Of a stretch of DNA of 64,000 bases, positions 29,501 to 38,564 are shown in pieces; the stretch's first letter is position 1, and each line of letters opens with the position of its first letter. Origin of the DNA: Candidatus Latescibacterota bacterium. Lineage in GTDB: Bacteria; Latescibacterota; UBA2968. The notes below the pieces were generated by a model. The model was not told the origin of the DNA and did no database searches. It saw only the letters and a program-made list of their open reading frames with translations. Location of the stretch: assembly GCA_965222605.1 (NCBI GenBank), contig OZ244960.1, positions 4,288,001 through 4,352,000 of the forward strand, written 5' to 3'. A program made the translations under genes and the position numbers.

Positions 29501-29864
29501 GCTTTTTGGCATTGTGGTGAATAATGGTATTGTTCTGGTCGATCATATCAACAGATACCGAAAACAGGGGCTTGTTCGCCGCGAGGCTATTATCCGCGGT
29601 GGGCAAGACCGCCTGCGTCCGATTATGATGACGGCCACCACCACCGTTATTGGTCTGATGCCACTGGTCATTCCGATGCTTTTTGGTCATGCCGAAGGCA
29701 CAGCCCGCCGCTGGGGTCCTATCGGTCTGGTCGTTGTATCGGGGTTGTCTATTTCAACAATTCTGACACTTGTTCTCCTGCCCACAATGTATTCGCTTAT
29801 GGATGATCTCTCCCAATTTACCAAGCGCGTTGTCGCGGTGGGATCGCGGATGGTCACGGATTAA
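26586..29864 (+). CDS. RND efflux permease (AcrB/AcrD/AcrF family)
   Basis: SPEEIE..ITRPIE, GMLVDPAVVALENI, GIVVNNGIVLVD, RLRPIMMT. Confidence 0.95.
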   Translation: MKLSRFAIFKPISTMMIALSLVVMGFISLFKLPLEYLPSVTFPVLFVSIRYPSSSPEEIERFITRPIEEILGTMPGIENMGSTSNESSSTIRLEFAMDVDMDLVGIHLRDRLDQVRADLPEDVDYIGIKSFDTEDIPALEYTVSWLGEDPEDLIAVYNQRLLPRLQRLDGVASVELRGLQQKDLLVEVDQRAMTAHKLDFRTINRALRRNNINISAGYVTDGDKRFAVRSVGEFETIDQIRNLPIRPNLTLSDVASVTYDYPPARRFDRLDGVPSLYLSVQKSSTANMVDVCKRAREELARINEEVGKDKLRMLLVRDQSTAVIASITSLSQSAIMGGLLAVIAIFIFLRNFRSTLIIGSAIPISALTVFLIMYFLRQSGTDITLNLISMMGLMVAIGMLVDPAVVALENIFRKCFDEGQGATQAALEGSEEIGLPVLAATLTTVCVFVPVIFVTDSGTSLFMRQFSVTVVVSVIASFCVALSLIPLAASRAFNEGGQTLDRILKSILVLAAIVGVVAYIYYTDFSKVDYAALWDRIAITISALPLFAKIGFPAAIALTIFLYLRYRAIGAKAFYARVVANTLHYRWATLSAACVLLFFGNHIYSKIEQEPFRYQPSRAIRLTVEMPRTYDLEQASKTFKIAEDILIPLKEEIDIEAIATKFNTGNRQGKRNARLTIYLTPAEESKLTTDEVQRKIIALLPKDIPGVRFRSRGGKSGGTTGVGVELKGRRQEILAVLAEDIEASMQGMSGVHEVETSLETGMEEIRVIVNRERAQRYGISPRDIATNIASALGSRGASRFKTPEGEIDITVQLREEDRATLEQLKITEFESDKGGMVTFSSLADFNLIQGPNAISREDRMPTLTVFANTEQKAVFQVGQIMKARMESVPLPKGYTYQMDRRFKSMNAEQAQDFETMIFALILIYIIMASLFESYVHPLTIMFCIFFAFIGVALGLYTFKIAMDSNAKYGLLVLFGIVVNNGIVLVDHINRYRKQGLVRREAIIRGGQDRLRPIMMTATTTVIGLMPLVIPMLFGHAEGTARRWGPIGLVVVSGLSISTILTLVLLPTMYSLMDDLSQFTKRVVAVGSRMVTD

Positions 29865-29894
29865 AAGATTTCGCGGATTAAAAAACTGTTTTGT

Positions 29895-30017
29895 CTAATA
29901 AATATCGCCGCGATTATCAATTTGAACAATGCGGATTAGCCGGTTGTCTCTGTCAACTCGGTAAATGAAACGAATATCTCCTATCCGATAGCGATAGAGT
30001 CCTTGATCAGGGACCAT
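29895..30017 (-). pseudogene. C-terminal remnant of a RelE/ParE toxin
   Basis: Manual translation MVPDQGLYRYRIGDIRFIYRVDRDNRLIRIVQIDNRGDIY-stop is a typical RelE C-terminal half; the N-terminal half is absent. Confidence 0.75.
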
Positions 30018-30314
30018 GCCTTTCCTCCACCAGCATCCAATTCCCGTTCTGCCTCAGCAATGTCTTCTATGACTTCCGGCTCTAAATTGAGCAAAGCAGT
30101 TTCACGCCATTCGGCGGGAAAAGTCGAAAGTACCGCGGCATCTTTTTCCTTTTTTGATATCTGTGTTACCAGCGTGAGCAATTTCCCGAAAAACTCGACG
30201 AGTTCCTCGGTTTCCAACCACTTGAGCCAATCATAAGGACTTCGAAGTCGCAATAGATTTGACAAATAATTGGTCATTCATGAGGCGTCCAACGACAAGT
30301 TTGGGCTTTTTCAT
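29981..30314 (-). pseudogene. Putative antitoxin, apparently frameshifted and fused to the toxin remnant
   Basis: GGAGG plus ATG at 30314 opens MKKPKLVVGRLMNDQLF..., which stops after 27 codons; another frame gives SPYDWLKWLE...EDIAEAERELDAGGGKAW (antitoxin-like C-terminus). Confidence 0.55.
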
Positions 30315-30463
30315 CTAAAACCTCCGTCATATCGCAGAATACGTTTCTTTTATTCATAACCCCATCCGGGGTCACATGCTGATAAGGTACCCATCAAAAC
30401 GGGTCAAGTCCATTTTGATCTTTGTCCAGGACTTTGGACAGTAAAGAAAGTCTCATTTTAATA

Positions 30464-30500
30464 GAAAAGGGCTTGCGATTTGACCTTGCAAGCCCTTTCT
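30464..30500. terminator. Hairpin, probable terminator
   Basis: AAAGGGCTTGC...GCAAGCCCTTT inverted repeat. Confidence 0.6.
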
Positions 30501-30548
30501 GTCTAATGTAGATGCCAACATCTCACCAGTCGTGTGTGAACCAACATC

Positions 30549-30660
30549 TTACCCACTTGTGGTTTTACCGAAGTTTTCAACCAATATGAGGAAATCAGCA
30601 ACATCAACATCGCCATCGTTATCGAGGTCGCCACGCAAGCCTGACGTACCGCCGACATTC
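30549..30660 (-). pseudogene. Dockerin-like/EF-hand C-terminal gene fragment
   Basis: Manual translation ...GLRGDLDNDGDVDVADFLILVENFGKTTSG-stop; no in-frame ATG before an upstream stop near 30702. Confidence 0.65.
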
Positions 30661-30720
30661 GCGTTTTCACTTGACCAGATCAGCGTATTCCCACTGCATA
30701 ACTAATTGTTCTAAATAAAA

Positions 30721-30927
30721 TTATCCGAGCTTGAACAGAATGAGAGTTCCGAGAGTCAACAAGGTTGTGATTTGAATGCCGATAACCCAACGAATATCGT
30801 TTCTCAAATCACGCTGGCCTTGCTCAACGCTTGTCAAGCGCGTGTTCATCTGTTCATTAATGCCTTCAATGCGAGACAAGCGGGCATCAAACTCTGCCAA
30901 CTTGTCTTGAGGTGTCGGAATCTGCAT
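30721..30927 (-). CDS. Small coiled-coil protein with C-terminal TM helix
   Basis: MQIPTPQDKLAEFDARLSRIEG...DIRWVIGIQITTLLTLGTLILFKLG; AAGGA upstream. Confidence 0.6.
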   Translation of the reverse strand: MQIPTPQDKLAEFDARLSRIEGINEQMNTRLTSVEQGQRDLRNDIRWVIGIQITTLLTLGTLILFKLG

Positions 30928-31099
30928 TGTGTTTTTCCTTTGGGGGTGGTTATTCCGAGTTGTCGCGTGGTGGTCTCCCCTTTTGGGATGCGTTATAGAA
31001 ATTTTCAGCAAATTCATGAATTATTCAGATTATAAGAAATATAGTCACTGATTGCGGGGATTCCAAGGATTTTTAGAAATATCCCTTGCTATTTCCTAT

Positions 31100-31384
31100 G
31101 TCTAAATTTAAACTCTGCTCCACGTCCCCTTTGTGCGTGGAACTGCTGGTGAGGCGTCGCAGTTGTACAGGTATAAGAAAGTCAAGTAGAAAAAGTGCCA
31201 AATTCGAGCGCGAGCAGGTATTCCTGCCAGATATATCTCAGGGCTTTACACAGGTATGTCATTCAGGGTCAGTGCCCTTAAATTGCTTCATTCAAGCTCC
31301 TGAGAAGGCAGGCGAATAGGTCACCGCTTCAGGGTCAAAGCCCGTATGTACAACTTCGTTCTATCCTGCTCATCCCAGGAGCTT
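31100..31384 (-). ncRNA. Candidate IS110 bridge/seek RNA in the 3' noncoding end
   Basis: About 280 nt with several stems and a twice-repeated GAAYGAAG...GGGC..TGACCCTGAA motif directly after the transposase stop; boundaries uncertain. Confidence 0.55.
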
Positions 31385-32651
31385 AAGCTGCTTTTTTTAC
31401 TTGAGATACTACCTTTTCCTTTTTGGTGTTGCAGTTTATGTTGAAAGTTTCTTGTTTATTGACCAGCGCGAAGAGGATGCGTAAGAGTTTAGAGCAAAGG
31501 GCAATAATGGCTTTTTGTGTGGGTTTTCCTGCCCCTTTAAATCGGTGATAGGCCTCCTTGAAGATGGGATTATGGAAGATGAGAGGAAAGACCGCTGTAT
31601 AGAGGATGCGTCTAAGTCTTGCGCGTCCCCTTTTGGCGATTCTTCGTGTGCCCTTTTTATATCCTGAAGAGATTTCAAAGAGGTTTAAGCCAGCCAGTTT
31701 GATGAGTTGTTCAGGTGCTTGATAAGCCTCAAAGGGGCCTGTTTCGCCGAGTATAGATGCCACACTGATTGGTCCCAGTCCAGGGATTGAGCACATATAT
31801 CCTGCTTGGGGTATATGTTGTAGGTGTTCGTTCATTTGGGTTTCGATTTCTTGCAGTTGGGTTTTAAGCAGATCCATTAAGCAGAGGGTTTGCATCAGTT
31901 CGAGGCAGATACTGTCTATGGCCTGGTTCACGCCAATGGAGGTGGAAGCCGCTTCAAGGACGGCCTGTGCTTTGGCTTTGGAGAGGCGACGATTTGATGC
32001 CTTTTGGATCAGGAGAGTAAGTTCATCAATGCCAAGGGCTTGTATCTGCAAAGGCGTAGGTGCTACGTTGAGGATCTGTTGTGCGGTTTTGCCTGTTATA
32101 TCGCTGAAGAGGGACACAAACTCAGGAAAGAGGACATCCAGGATACGATGAAGCACGTTTTTAGCCGCTGTGATTTGATCTTTCTTTTCATAGCGCATCG
32201 CTGTCAAGGCACGCAAATCGGCATAGACCCCTTCAGGCAGATAGGCCCTGTGAGACTTGCCCTGGCGTACCAGTTCAGCGATGACACCAGCATCCTTGTC
32301 GTCTGTTTTTAAGGGACTGTTGTCCCCCATCTCTTTCGACCAGCGCACATGGGAAGGCTGAATCAGGACGAAGGGCTGTTTATGAGCCCGCAGAAAGTAG
32401 GCCAACGGCAACCAATAATGTCCAGTAGGTTCCATACCAATCAGGGTTGCCGCACACTGATGGTGCTTTTCAACCTGTCGGATTTTGTCGAGCAATGACA
32501 TAAAGGACATACCTTCATTGTAGAGTTTGAATGCGGCGATCTGCCTGCCTTCTAACATCATCTTGACGAAGTGAACCGATTTACCGATATCAATGCCAAC
32601 GATCAAGGTGTTGGGTTCTACATACTCGATTTGCTTGTGATGCTTGGCCAT
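31383..32651 (-). mobile_element. IS110-family transposase (recombinase)
   Basis: DEDD RuvC-like motifs GIDIGK, MEPTG, KTDDKDA; C-terminal SIPGLG, SSG, KRGRARLR; GAGGAGG before ATG 32651. Confidence 0.95.
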
Positions 32652-32790
32652 GGTTGCCTCCTCGAAGAAGATAATTAAATGGTTTTTTTGCAATCTTCGA
32701 ATTTGGCAACTATGGCCTGTTTACTCAACTTTTTTCTTTACCCTTTATTATAGCAATCACCGCTCAGTGTCTTTGTGTGAGCCCACTCCC

Positions 32791-34770
32791 ATGGAAAAAT
32801 TGACTGCGAAAAGTACTGTTCTATCAAAAGTGACGCGGCGATCCCTGATAATCGGTTTGGTCATGGCGGCGTGGGTCAATTTTTGGCCTGTGTACGCGAG
32901 TCTGGTGCTGCATTCCACACGCGCTGATCACGCGCATTTGTCTGTGGCTATGCTCATTCCATATTTGTTTTTGTTGGTGGGCAATCTGTTTCTGGGGCGG
33001 CGCGGTTTGTCGCCTTCTGAGTTGCTGGTCGTGTGTTGCATAGGCATAGTAGCCGCGTGTATGCAGGGTGAGTGGTTGTCGAACTATCTTCTCGAAGCGC
33101 TCACTATGCCGCACTATTTTGCGTCGGCAGAGAATCGCTGGGGCGAATTGCTGTTGCCGCATTTGCCGGGGTGGGCTGTGGTGAATGATCGCACTGCTGT
33201 GACGCATTTTTACGAGGGACTTCCACCCGGGCAGGGATTTCCCTGGCGTTTGTGGATTGCCCCGCTGTTCTGGTGGGGCACTTTTTTGGGTGCTATACTG
33301 GGTGTCAATCTCTGCTTGAGTGTGATTTTGCGAAAGCAGTGGGTGGCGCATGAGCGACTGGCTTTTCCCGTGGCGCGCGCGCTTTTGGAACTGACGGGTG
33401 TGTCTGGAACGCGCGGCACGCTTTCCTCTCTGGTGCAGTCGCGATTTTTTATCGTGGGATTTGCCATCACCTTTTTGATGATTTGCTGGTTTATGCTTAC
33501 CTGGTTTTATGTGGCTGTTCCGCCGCCGCCCATTTTGAGTGGGAATTTTGCGTCTAAAGTGTTGCCTCTTGCGCGGGGTTTTCCGCCTTTTCAGTTGCGG
33601 TTCAGTATTTTGACACTGGTATTTGGCTATTTCACAAATCTGGAAGTGCTGTTTTCAATCTGGTTTTTTCATGTGCTGGCCATTGTGCAGGCGGGGGTGT
33701 TTAATCGCTTTGGTCTGGAAGTGGGGAGTGTGGATCCGTGGGGGTCTTTTCACGCGGCGGTGGGATGGCAGAGTTTTGGCGGGATGATCGTTTTTGTCGG
33801 CTGGGGTCTGTGGATTGCGCGGTCGCATTTGCGGGATGTTTTTCGCAAAGCGTTCTGGGGCGATGAGCGCGTGGATGATACCGGGGAATTGATGTCGTAT
33901 CGGACCTCTGTGTGGATGATGCTGGGCTGCTCTGTATATCTTTTGTTGTGGCTGAAAAGCGCGGGTATGGCCTGGGGACCCATTTTTGCATTTTATTTTG
34001 CCACGCTGGTCTTGTATTTAGGATTGGCGCGGATTATGGTGGAGAGTGGGCTTATATTTTTGCGCGGACCTATTACGGCACAGGCTTTTACCTGGCATTT
34101 GTTCGGTGTTTTGGGCATGGGGCCGGGCAGTGCGGTGATTTTGACGCTGACCAATGCGTTTGCATGCGATGCCAAGACGTTTGCGATGACGCCTATGGCG
34201 CATGTGCCGAGGTTGAGCATGGCGATAAATCGCAGGTTTCGCAAAGTGCTCGCGCCGGGCGTGATGTTGGGGGCATTGATTGGGGCTGTGACGGCGGTGG
34301 GATTTATTTTGTATTACGGCTATTATGTGATGGGGAGTTACAATTTTGGAACTGTGAGTTTTCGGGGCATTGGGGCGCTGAATCTGGCGGGGTTTAACCA
34401 ACTGGCCGCGGGGCGCATTCAGGCTGGGGCAATGGGTACGAGTTGGGATCGCATCGGTTTTTTGGGGATTGGCGCCGCGCTTACAGGATTGTTGTTTTTC
34501 TTGCGGTATCGGTTCCCGGGGTTTCCGCTTCATCCGATTGGGTTTACGATTTCAGCTTCTGCACCACTTCGCAATACAACGCTGACGATTTTTATTGTTT
34601 GGGCGTTGAAGACGATTGTTCTGCGGCTTGGCGGATTGGAGCGCTATCGCAAGTTGACACCGCTTTTTTTGGGGATGATGGTTGCTTATATGGCGGGCAC
34701 GGCAATCGGTGTTGTTGTGGATTGGATCTGGTTCCGCGGACAGGGGCATATGATCCATGTTGCGTGGTGA
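32791..34770 (+). CDS. DUF6785/DUF6784-type (OPT-like) polytopic membrane protein
   Basis: YFASAENRW, FYEGLP, KQWVAHERLAFP, FPLHPIGF, C-terminal DWIWF..GHMIHVAW. Confidence 0.75.
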   Translation: MEKLTAKSTVLSKVTRRSLIIGLVMAAWVNFWPVYASLVLHSTRADHAHLSVAMLIPYLFLLVGNLFLGRRGLSPSELLVVCCIGIVAACMQGEWLSNYLLEALTMPHYFASAENRWGELLLPHLPGWAVVNDRTAVTHFYEGLPPGQGFPWRLWIAPLFWWGTFLGAILGVNLCLSVILRKQWVAHERLAFPVARALLELTGVSGTRGTLSSLVQSRFFIVGFAITFLMICWFMLTWFYVAVPPPPILSGNFASKVLPLARGFPPFQLRFSILTLVFGYFTNLEVLFSIWFFHVLAIVQAGVFNRFGLEVGSVDPWGSFHAAVGWQSFGGMIVFVGWGLWIARSHLRDVFRKAFWGDERVDDTGELMSYRTSVWMMLGCSVYLLLWLKSAGMAWGPIFAFYFATLVLYLGLARIMVESGLIFLRGPITAQAFTWHLFGVLGMGPGSAVILTLTNAFACDAKTFAMTPMAHVPRLSMAINRRFRKVLAPGVMLGALIGAVTAVGFILYYGYYVMGSYNFGTVSFRGIGALNLAGFNQLAAGRIQAGAMGTSWDRIGFLGIGAALTGLLFFLRYRFPGFPLHPIGFTISASAPLRNTTLTIFIVWALKTIVLRLGGLERYRKLTPLFLGMMVAYMAGTAIGVVVDWIWFRGQGHMIHVAW

Positions 34771-34776
34771 GTAGGC

Positions 34777-35736
34777 CTACTTTGCTTTTATCTGCTGATA
34801 TAAATTGGGGATTGTCTCGCGGTGGTCGCCCTGGATATAATAGCTTTGGCCGCCGTCGCGAACCGTGCGGACGAGGATGGTTTTGAAGGGGCGGTAGTAA
34901 TAACGGGGGTCGGTTTTGGGGGCTTCGGTGTCGAGGTCGTCGCCGAGGGGGATGAGGTCGAAGACAGCAGTGGTAAATTTGGCTATGCTGCGACCTTCCT
35001 GGCGGGCGACATTGCGGGCCATGGCGAGGGCTTTGAGATAGACTTCAGGTCCCATGATGGCCGTGCCGATGTTGAGCAAGACGCCGCCTTCGAGGTGGGA
35101 AATGGATTCTGTAAAAATTAAGAAGTCGGTGTAGGTGCTCGCGCCAATTGCTGCACCGTCGCAATTGGGGTGTTCGTGAACGATGTCATAACCGATGCTG
35201 ACGTGTGTGGTGATGGGGATGTTGAGTCGAGCAGCAGCGGCAAAAATGCTGATGTCTTTGTGTGGGAAATCGCTTTCGAGGATGTTGCGTCCGACCGCTT
35301 CGCCAAGTCCAATGCCTTTTTGCGCCGCTGTTTGGGCAATGAGGTTGAGGTCGCCAGTTTCGGTCCATAGCCCAAATTCTCCGGTGCGGATATATTTGCC
35401 CACGCTTTCGGTGGTCGCGCCGATACGGGCAAATTCGTAGTCGTGAATAGCACAGGCTCCATTGCCCGCAATATGGGTGATGAGGCCGCGTTCCATCAGG
35501 TCGATGAGGTAGCGCGCGGCGCCAGAGCGGATGACGTGTGCGCCGATCATGAAAATGACCGCGCGATTGTTTTGCCTGGCGCGTACAATTCGATCTGCGA
35601 CGATGGGAAGGTTGGGGTTGTCAAAAGGCGGGATTGGCGCGTTGAGATCGGGAATTTGATCGACAGAGAGGTCGTGTTCCCGCTGGTTGAGCGGGCGGAG
35701 TTTGAGTTTGGAGCGGTCAAAGGTTTTGTAAGGCAT
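34777..35736 (-). CDS. Deoxyhypusine-synthase-like protein
   Basis: GAHVIR, NGACAIHDYE, GLGEAVG, IGYDIVH, GTAIMGPEVYLKAL resemble the DHS-like fold. Confidence 0.65.
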   Translation of the reverse strand: MPYKTFDRSKLKLRPLNQREHDLSVDQIPDLNAPIPPFDNPNLPIVADRIVRARQNNRAVIFMIGAHVIRSGAARYLIDLMERGLITHIAGNGACAIHDYEFARIGATTESVGKYIRTGEFGLWTETGDLNLIAQTAAQKGIGLGEAVGRNILESDFPHKDISIFAAAARLNIPITTHVSIGYDIVHEHPNCDGAAIGASTYTDFLIFTESISHLEGGVLLNIGTAIMGPEVYLKALAMARNVARQEGRSIAKFTTAVFDLIPLGDDLDTEAPKTDPRYYYRPFKTILVRTVRDGGQSYYIQGDHRETIPNLYQQIKAK

Positions 35737-35749
35737 GTTCGTGGGATTT

Positions 35750-36472
35750 TTAAATGTATTGATATGCTTTCATCGCAGGATGCAAAAATTCAAAATCATG
35801 GATGCCGTTATCGGTTTTCCACCTGCCCACGGAATCGGGGCGCACGATCACTTTGCCCAATGGAAATCCGAGAAATTTTTCTACCCGCGCAAATGTCTCA
35901 TCCTGATTTGTGATCGCATCCTCAAATCGCACGGTGATACAGTGTTTGGGCTCCGGCGTGGATTTCATGATTTCATACTGATACAACCAGGAAATCGCTC
36001 GCCGCTCGCGTATGTCATCTGTTTGCGGATATTGAATATCGAAATCGTGCAAATCATCTGTTTTGTGCCGCCGCAATATGCAATCGCGCGGGTCGCGCAC
36101 CCAGTGAATATATTTGGCATCGGGAAATATCCGCACAATCCACGGATAGACCAGTGTGGTTTCGGGTAATTTCCATCCGTAGTTCTCGGACCGATTTCTG
36201 GGGGGAAGCACGTCTTGCAAATAGGTTTCGACCAGGTGGATAAATTCGGGATCGATGTCCATGGTATGCAAATCATCAAAATTCCACGATAGCCCGCCAT
36301 TCCATTTCACGTATTTTGCCATTACGCGGCACGCATCGTACAGTGCGGCGGGGGGCATTTTATCGCCCGACGCATTGATCAATCCGCCCATGTACACACC
36401 GCTGGCATAGAGCGTGTGCGAAATCAACCGCGTGCCCGAATGCCCACGCCCGATGACTGTGATTAACGACAA
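35750..36472 (-). CDS. Sulfotransferase family protein
   Basis: 5'-PAPS loop GRGHSGT, GWKLP, 3'-PAPS motif RDPRD, RFED, GRWK. Confidence 0.85.
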   Translation of the reverse strand: MSLITVIGRGHSGTRLISHTLYASGVYMGGLINASGDKMPPAALYDACRVMAKYVKWNGGLSWNFDDLHTMDIDPEFIHLVETYLQDVLPPRNRSENYGWKLPETTLVYPWIVRIFPDAKYIHWVRDPRDCILRRHKTDDLHDFDIQYPQTDDIRERRAISWLYQYEIMKSTPEPKHCITVRFEDAITNQDETFARVEKFLGFPLGKVIVRPDSVGRWKTDNGIHDFEFLHPAMKAYQYI

Positions 36473-36484
36473 TGTTTTTCCTCC

Positions 36485-37294
36485 TTATAATTTTTTTTCA
36501 AACTCATTTTTTACGCGAATTTTATCGGCCGCATTTCCAAAGCCCAGGCTAAACCATCCTTCATATCCCAGGGTATTTAAGCGTTTGAAAAGCGCGTCAA
36601 AATCGATTGTTCCTTCCCCTGGCACCAGGTGTATTTCATAATCGCCATTGTTATCATTTACGCGTACCTGGCCGATGTTATTTACTCCAAAGATATCGAG
36701 AAATCCAGTCCAGCCCTCGGGCACGAGATGCCCGTGCGCGACGTTGAAAGCCCACTTGAAGTGATCGGATTGAATGGCATCAAAAAACCACTGTGTCTCT
36801 TCGACATTGTGCGGTAAATAGTGAATTTCGGCGTGTTCGGGTTCCAAATTGTGATTTTCAAAATAGATCGATACATCGGTTTTTTCCGCTCGATGAACTA
36901 ACCGCTTCATGCGTTCTATGGCAGCATCTCGGCGCGAGTCTATATCGCCAAAATGATAGCCTCCATGGCCGACGATCCAGCCGCATCCCAACCGAACCGC
37001 CAGATCAAAATTGGCGTTCACATAGTCATCGACTGCCTCGGATAATATCGGCACGTATTCGGCATTGTTAATGGCGGAAGAGGGATGTACGCCGATTTGC
37101 ACTTCGTGTTTTTCGCACAGATCTCGAATGCGTTTTACGCGCGCATTGTCAAAAGAAGTTAGATTATTTGGGGACATATCGGCTTGAAAGTCGATATAGC
37201 GAAATCCATTTTCTGCACCCCATACAATGCCTTCTTCAAGGGGTGTGGACTTGTCCATGTTGTATCCAAATCGCCCGCTCATTATTGTCTCCAT
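36485..37294 (-). CDS. Sugar phosphate isomerase/epimerase (AP endonuclease 2 TIM barrel)
   Basis: FENH, NVAHGH, DNNGDYEIHLVPGEGTIDF. Confidence 0.85.
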   Translation of the reverse strand: METIMSGRFGYNMDKSTPLEEGIVWGAENGFRYIDFQADMSPNNLTSFDNARVKRIRDLCEKHEVQIGVHPSSAINNAEYVPILSEAVDDYVNANFDLAVRLGCGWIVGHGGYHFGDIDSRRDAAIERMKRLVHRAEKTDVSIYFENHNLEPEHAEIHYLPHNVEETQWFFDAIQSDHFKWAFNVAHGHLVPEGWTGFLDIFGVNNIGQVRVNDNNGDYEIHLVPGEGTIDFDALFKRLNTLGYEGWFSLGFGNAADKIRVKNEFEKKL

Positions 37295-37343
37295 AAAGTT
37301 GATTGTCCTGGACCGGGAATGGCACTGTGACTACGGATGAATA

Positions 37344-38540
37344 TCAATTTAGAGCCTGGTACACGAGTGTCTTAAATTCAGCGCGAATGCGATAGTAATT
37401 TGCGGGCATAAATTGCGTGAGCAATAACCCGACGAGTTCTTCTTCATAATCGATCCAGAACGCTGTTGTTGCCGCACCGCCCCAGCGAAATGTACCCACA
37501 CTGCCGGGACCGCCAGAGGCTGCATTGAGCAAAATCGCGCCTCCCAGGCCAAAACCTTCACCCGCCAGATTTGTCAGTCCCAGAGAAATGGGCATCAATT
37601 CATCTGGCAAGTGATTCATTGTCATTAGTTCAACAGTTTTTCGCCCCAGCAGGCGCACGCCTTGAAACGCGCCGCCATTGAGCATCATGTGGCAGAAGCG
37701 GATGTAATCAGAGGCTGTGGAGACCAATCCGCCGCCACCGGAAAAGAATTTCTGCGGACTGGAAAACTTGCTGGTCGCCGGGTCATCAATCACTCGAATC
37801 CCACCTTCTTGTGCTGGCCCGTAATTTGTTGCAAATCGATGTCCCTGTCCCTCGCGCACCCAAAATCCCGTGTCTTCCATGCCCAGAGGATCTAAAATTC
37901 GCTCTCTGAAAAACGCATCGAGAGACATGCCGGAGATAACTTCGACAAAATGACCGAGTACATCGGTCGATACGCTGTAACGCCAGGTCGTACCCGGTTG
38001 ATTCGCCAGCGGTAGTGTTGCCAGTGTTTGCACCATTTCTTTTGTCGAATGGTCTGGCCGCGTAATTTTTGCCTGATTGTACAGTTGATCAACGGGCGAA
38101 GTGCCCAAAAAGCCATAAGTCAGCCCCGATGTGTGGGTCATCAAATGGCGAATCGTGATTTCTCGCTCCAGATCATCTGGGGGAACGCCTGTACCGGCAA
38201 AGACTTTCATATCTTTCAATTCTGGAATAAAATCCGATACGGGATCATCCAGTTGAAAAAGTCCTTCTTCATAGAGCATCATGGCCGCGACAGTTGTGAT
38301 CGGTTTGGTCATTGAATAAATCCGAAAAATCGTATCGCGTGTTGTGGGCACTTTTGTGTCTTGCGTTCCGAAAGCACAAAAATGCGCGATTTTGCCCTGC
38401 CGACAAACCATCGTTACAATGCTGACCAGTTTGCCTTCGTCGATATAGCGTTGCATCACGCGATTAATGCGGTGCAGACGCGTAGCTGATAGTCCCACAT
38501 CTTCTGGTGCAACAATGGGAAGCCCTGGATCGCTGTCCAA
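37344..38540 (-). CDS. Serine hydrolase, beta-lactamase family
   Basis: SMTK (SxxK), HLMTHTSGL, WRYS, PLGMEDT, GGGGLVST. Confidence 0.92.
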   Translation of the reverse strand: MDSDPGLPIVAPEDVGLSATRLHRINRVMQRYIDEGKLVSIVTMVCRQGKIAHFCAFGTQDTKVPTTRDTIFRIYSMTKPITTVAAMMLYEEGLFQLDDPVSDFIPELKDMKVFAGTGVPPDDLEREITIRHLMTHTSGLTYGFLGTSPVDQLYNQAKITRPDHSTKEMVQTLATLPLANQPGTTWRYSVSTDVLGHFVEVISGMSLDAFFRERILDPLGMEDTGFWVREGQGHRFATNYGPAQEGGIRVIDDPATSKFSSPQKFFSGGGGLVSTASDYIRFCHMMLNGGAFQGVRLLGRKTVELMTMNHLPDELMPISLGLTNLAGEGFGLGGAILLNAASGGPGSVGTFRWGGAATTAFWIDYEEELVGLLLTQFMPANYYRIRAEFKTLVYQALN

Positions 38541-38564
38541 AATTCGCTCCTTTCGACTAACTTG

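Noticed and set aside
18950-30432. TGTCCAGGAC upstream of both TA modules (18950-18959 and 30423-30432)
   Set aside because: Only 10 bp, at different distances from unrelated TA types; chance cannot be excluded
32644-32790. N-terminal extensions making IS110 and the DUF6785 gene overlap head to head
   Set aside because: Better starts exist at 32651 (minus, strong RBS) and 32791 (plus, matching paralog length); the extensions are ORF-caller artefacts
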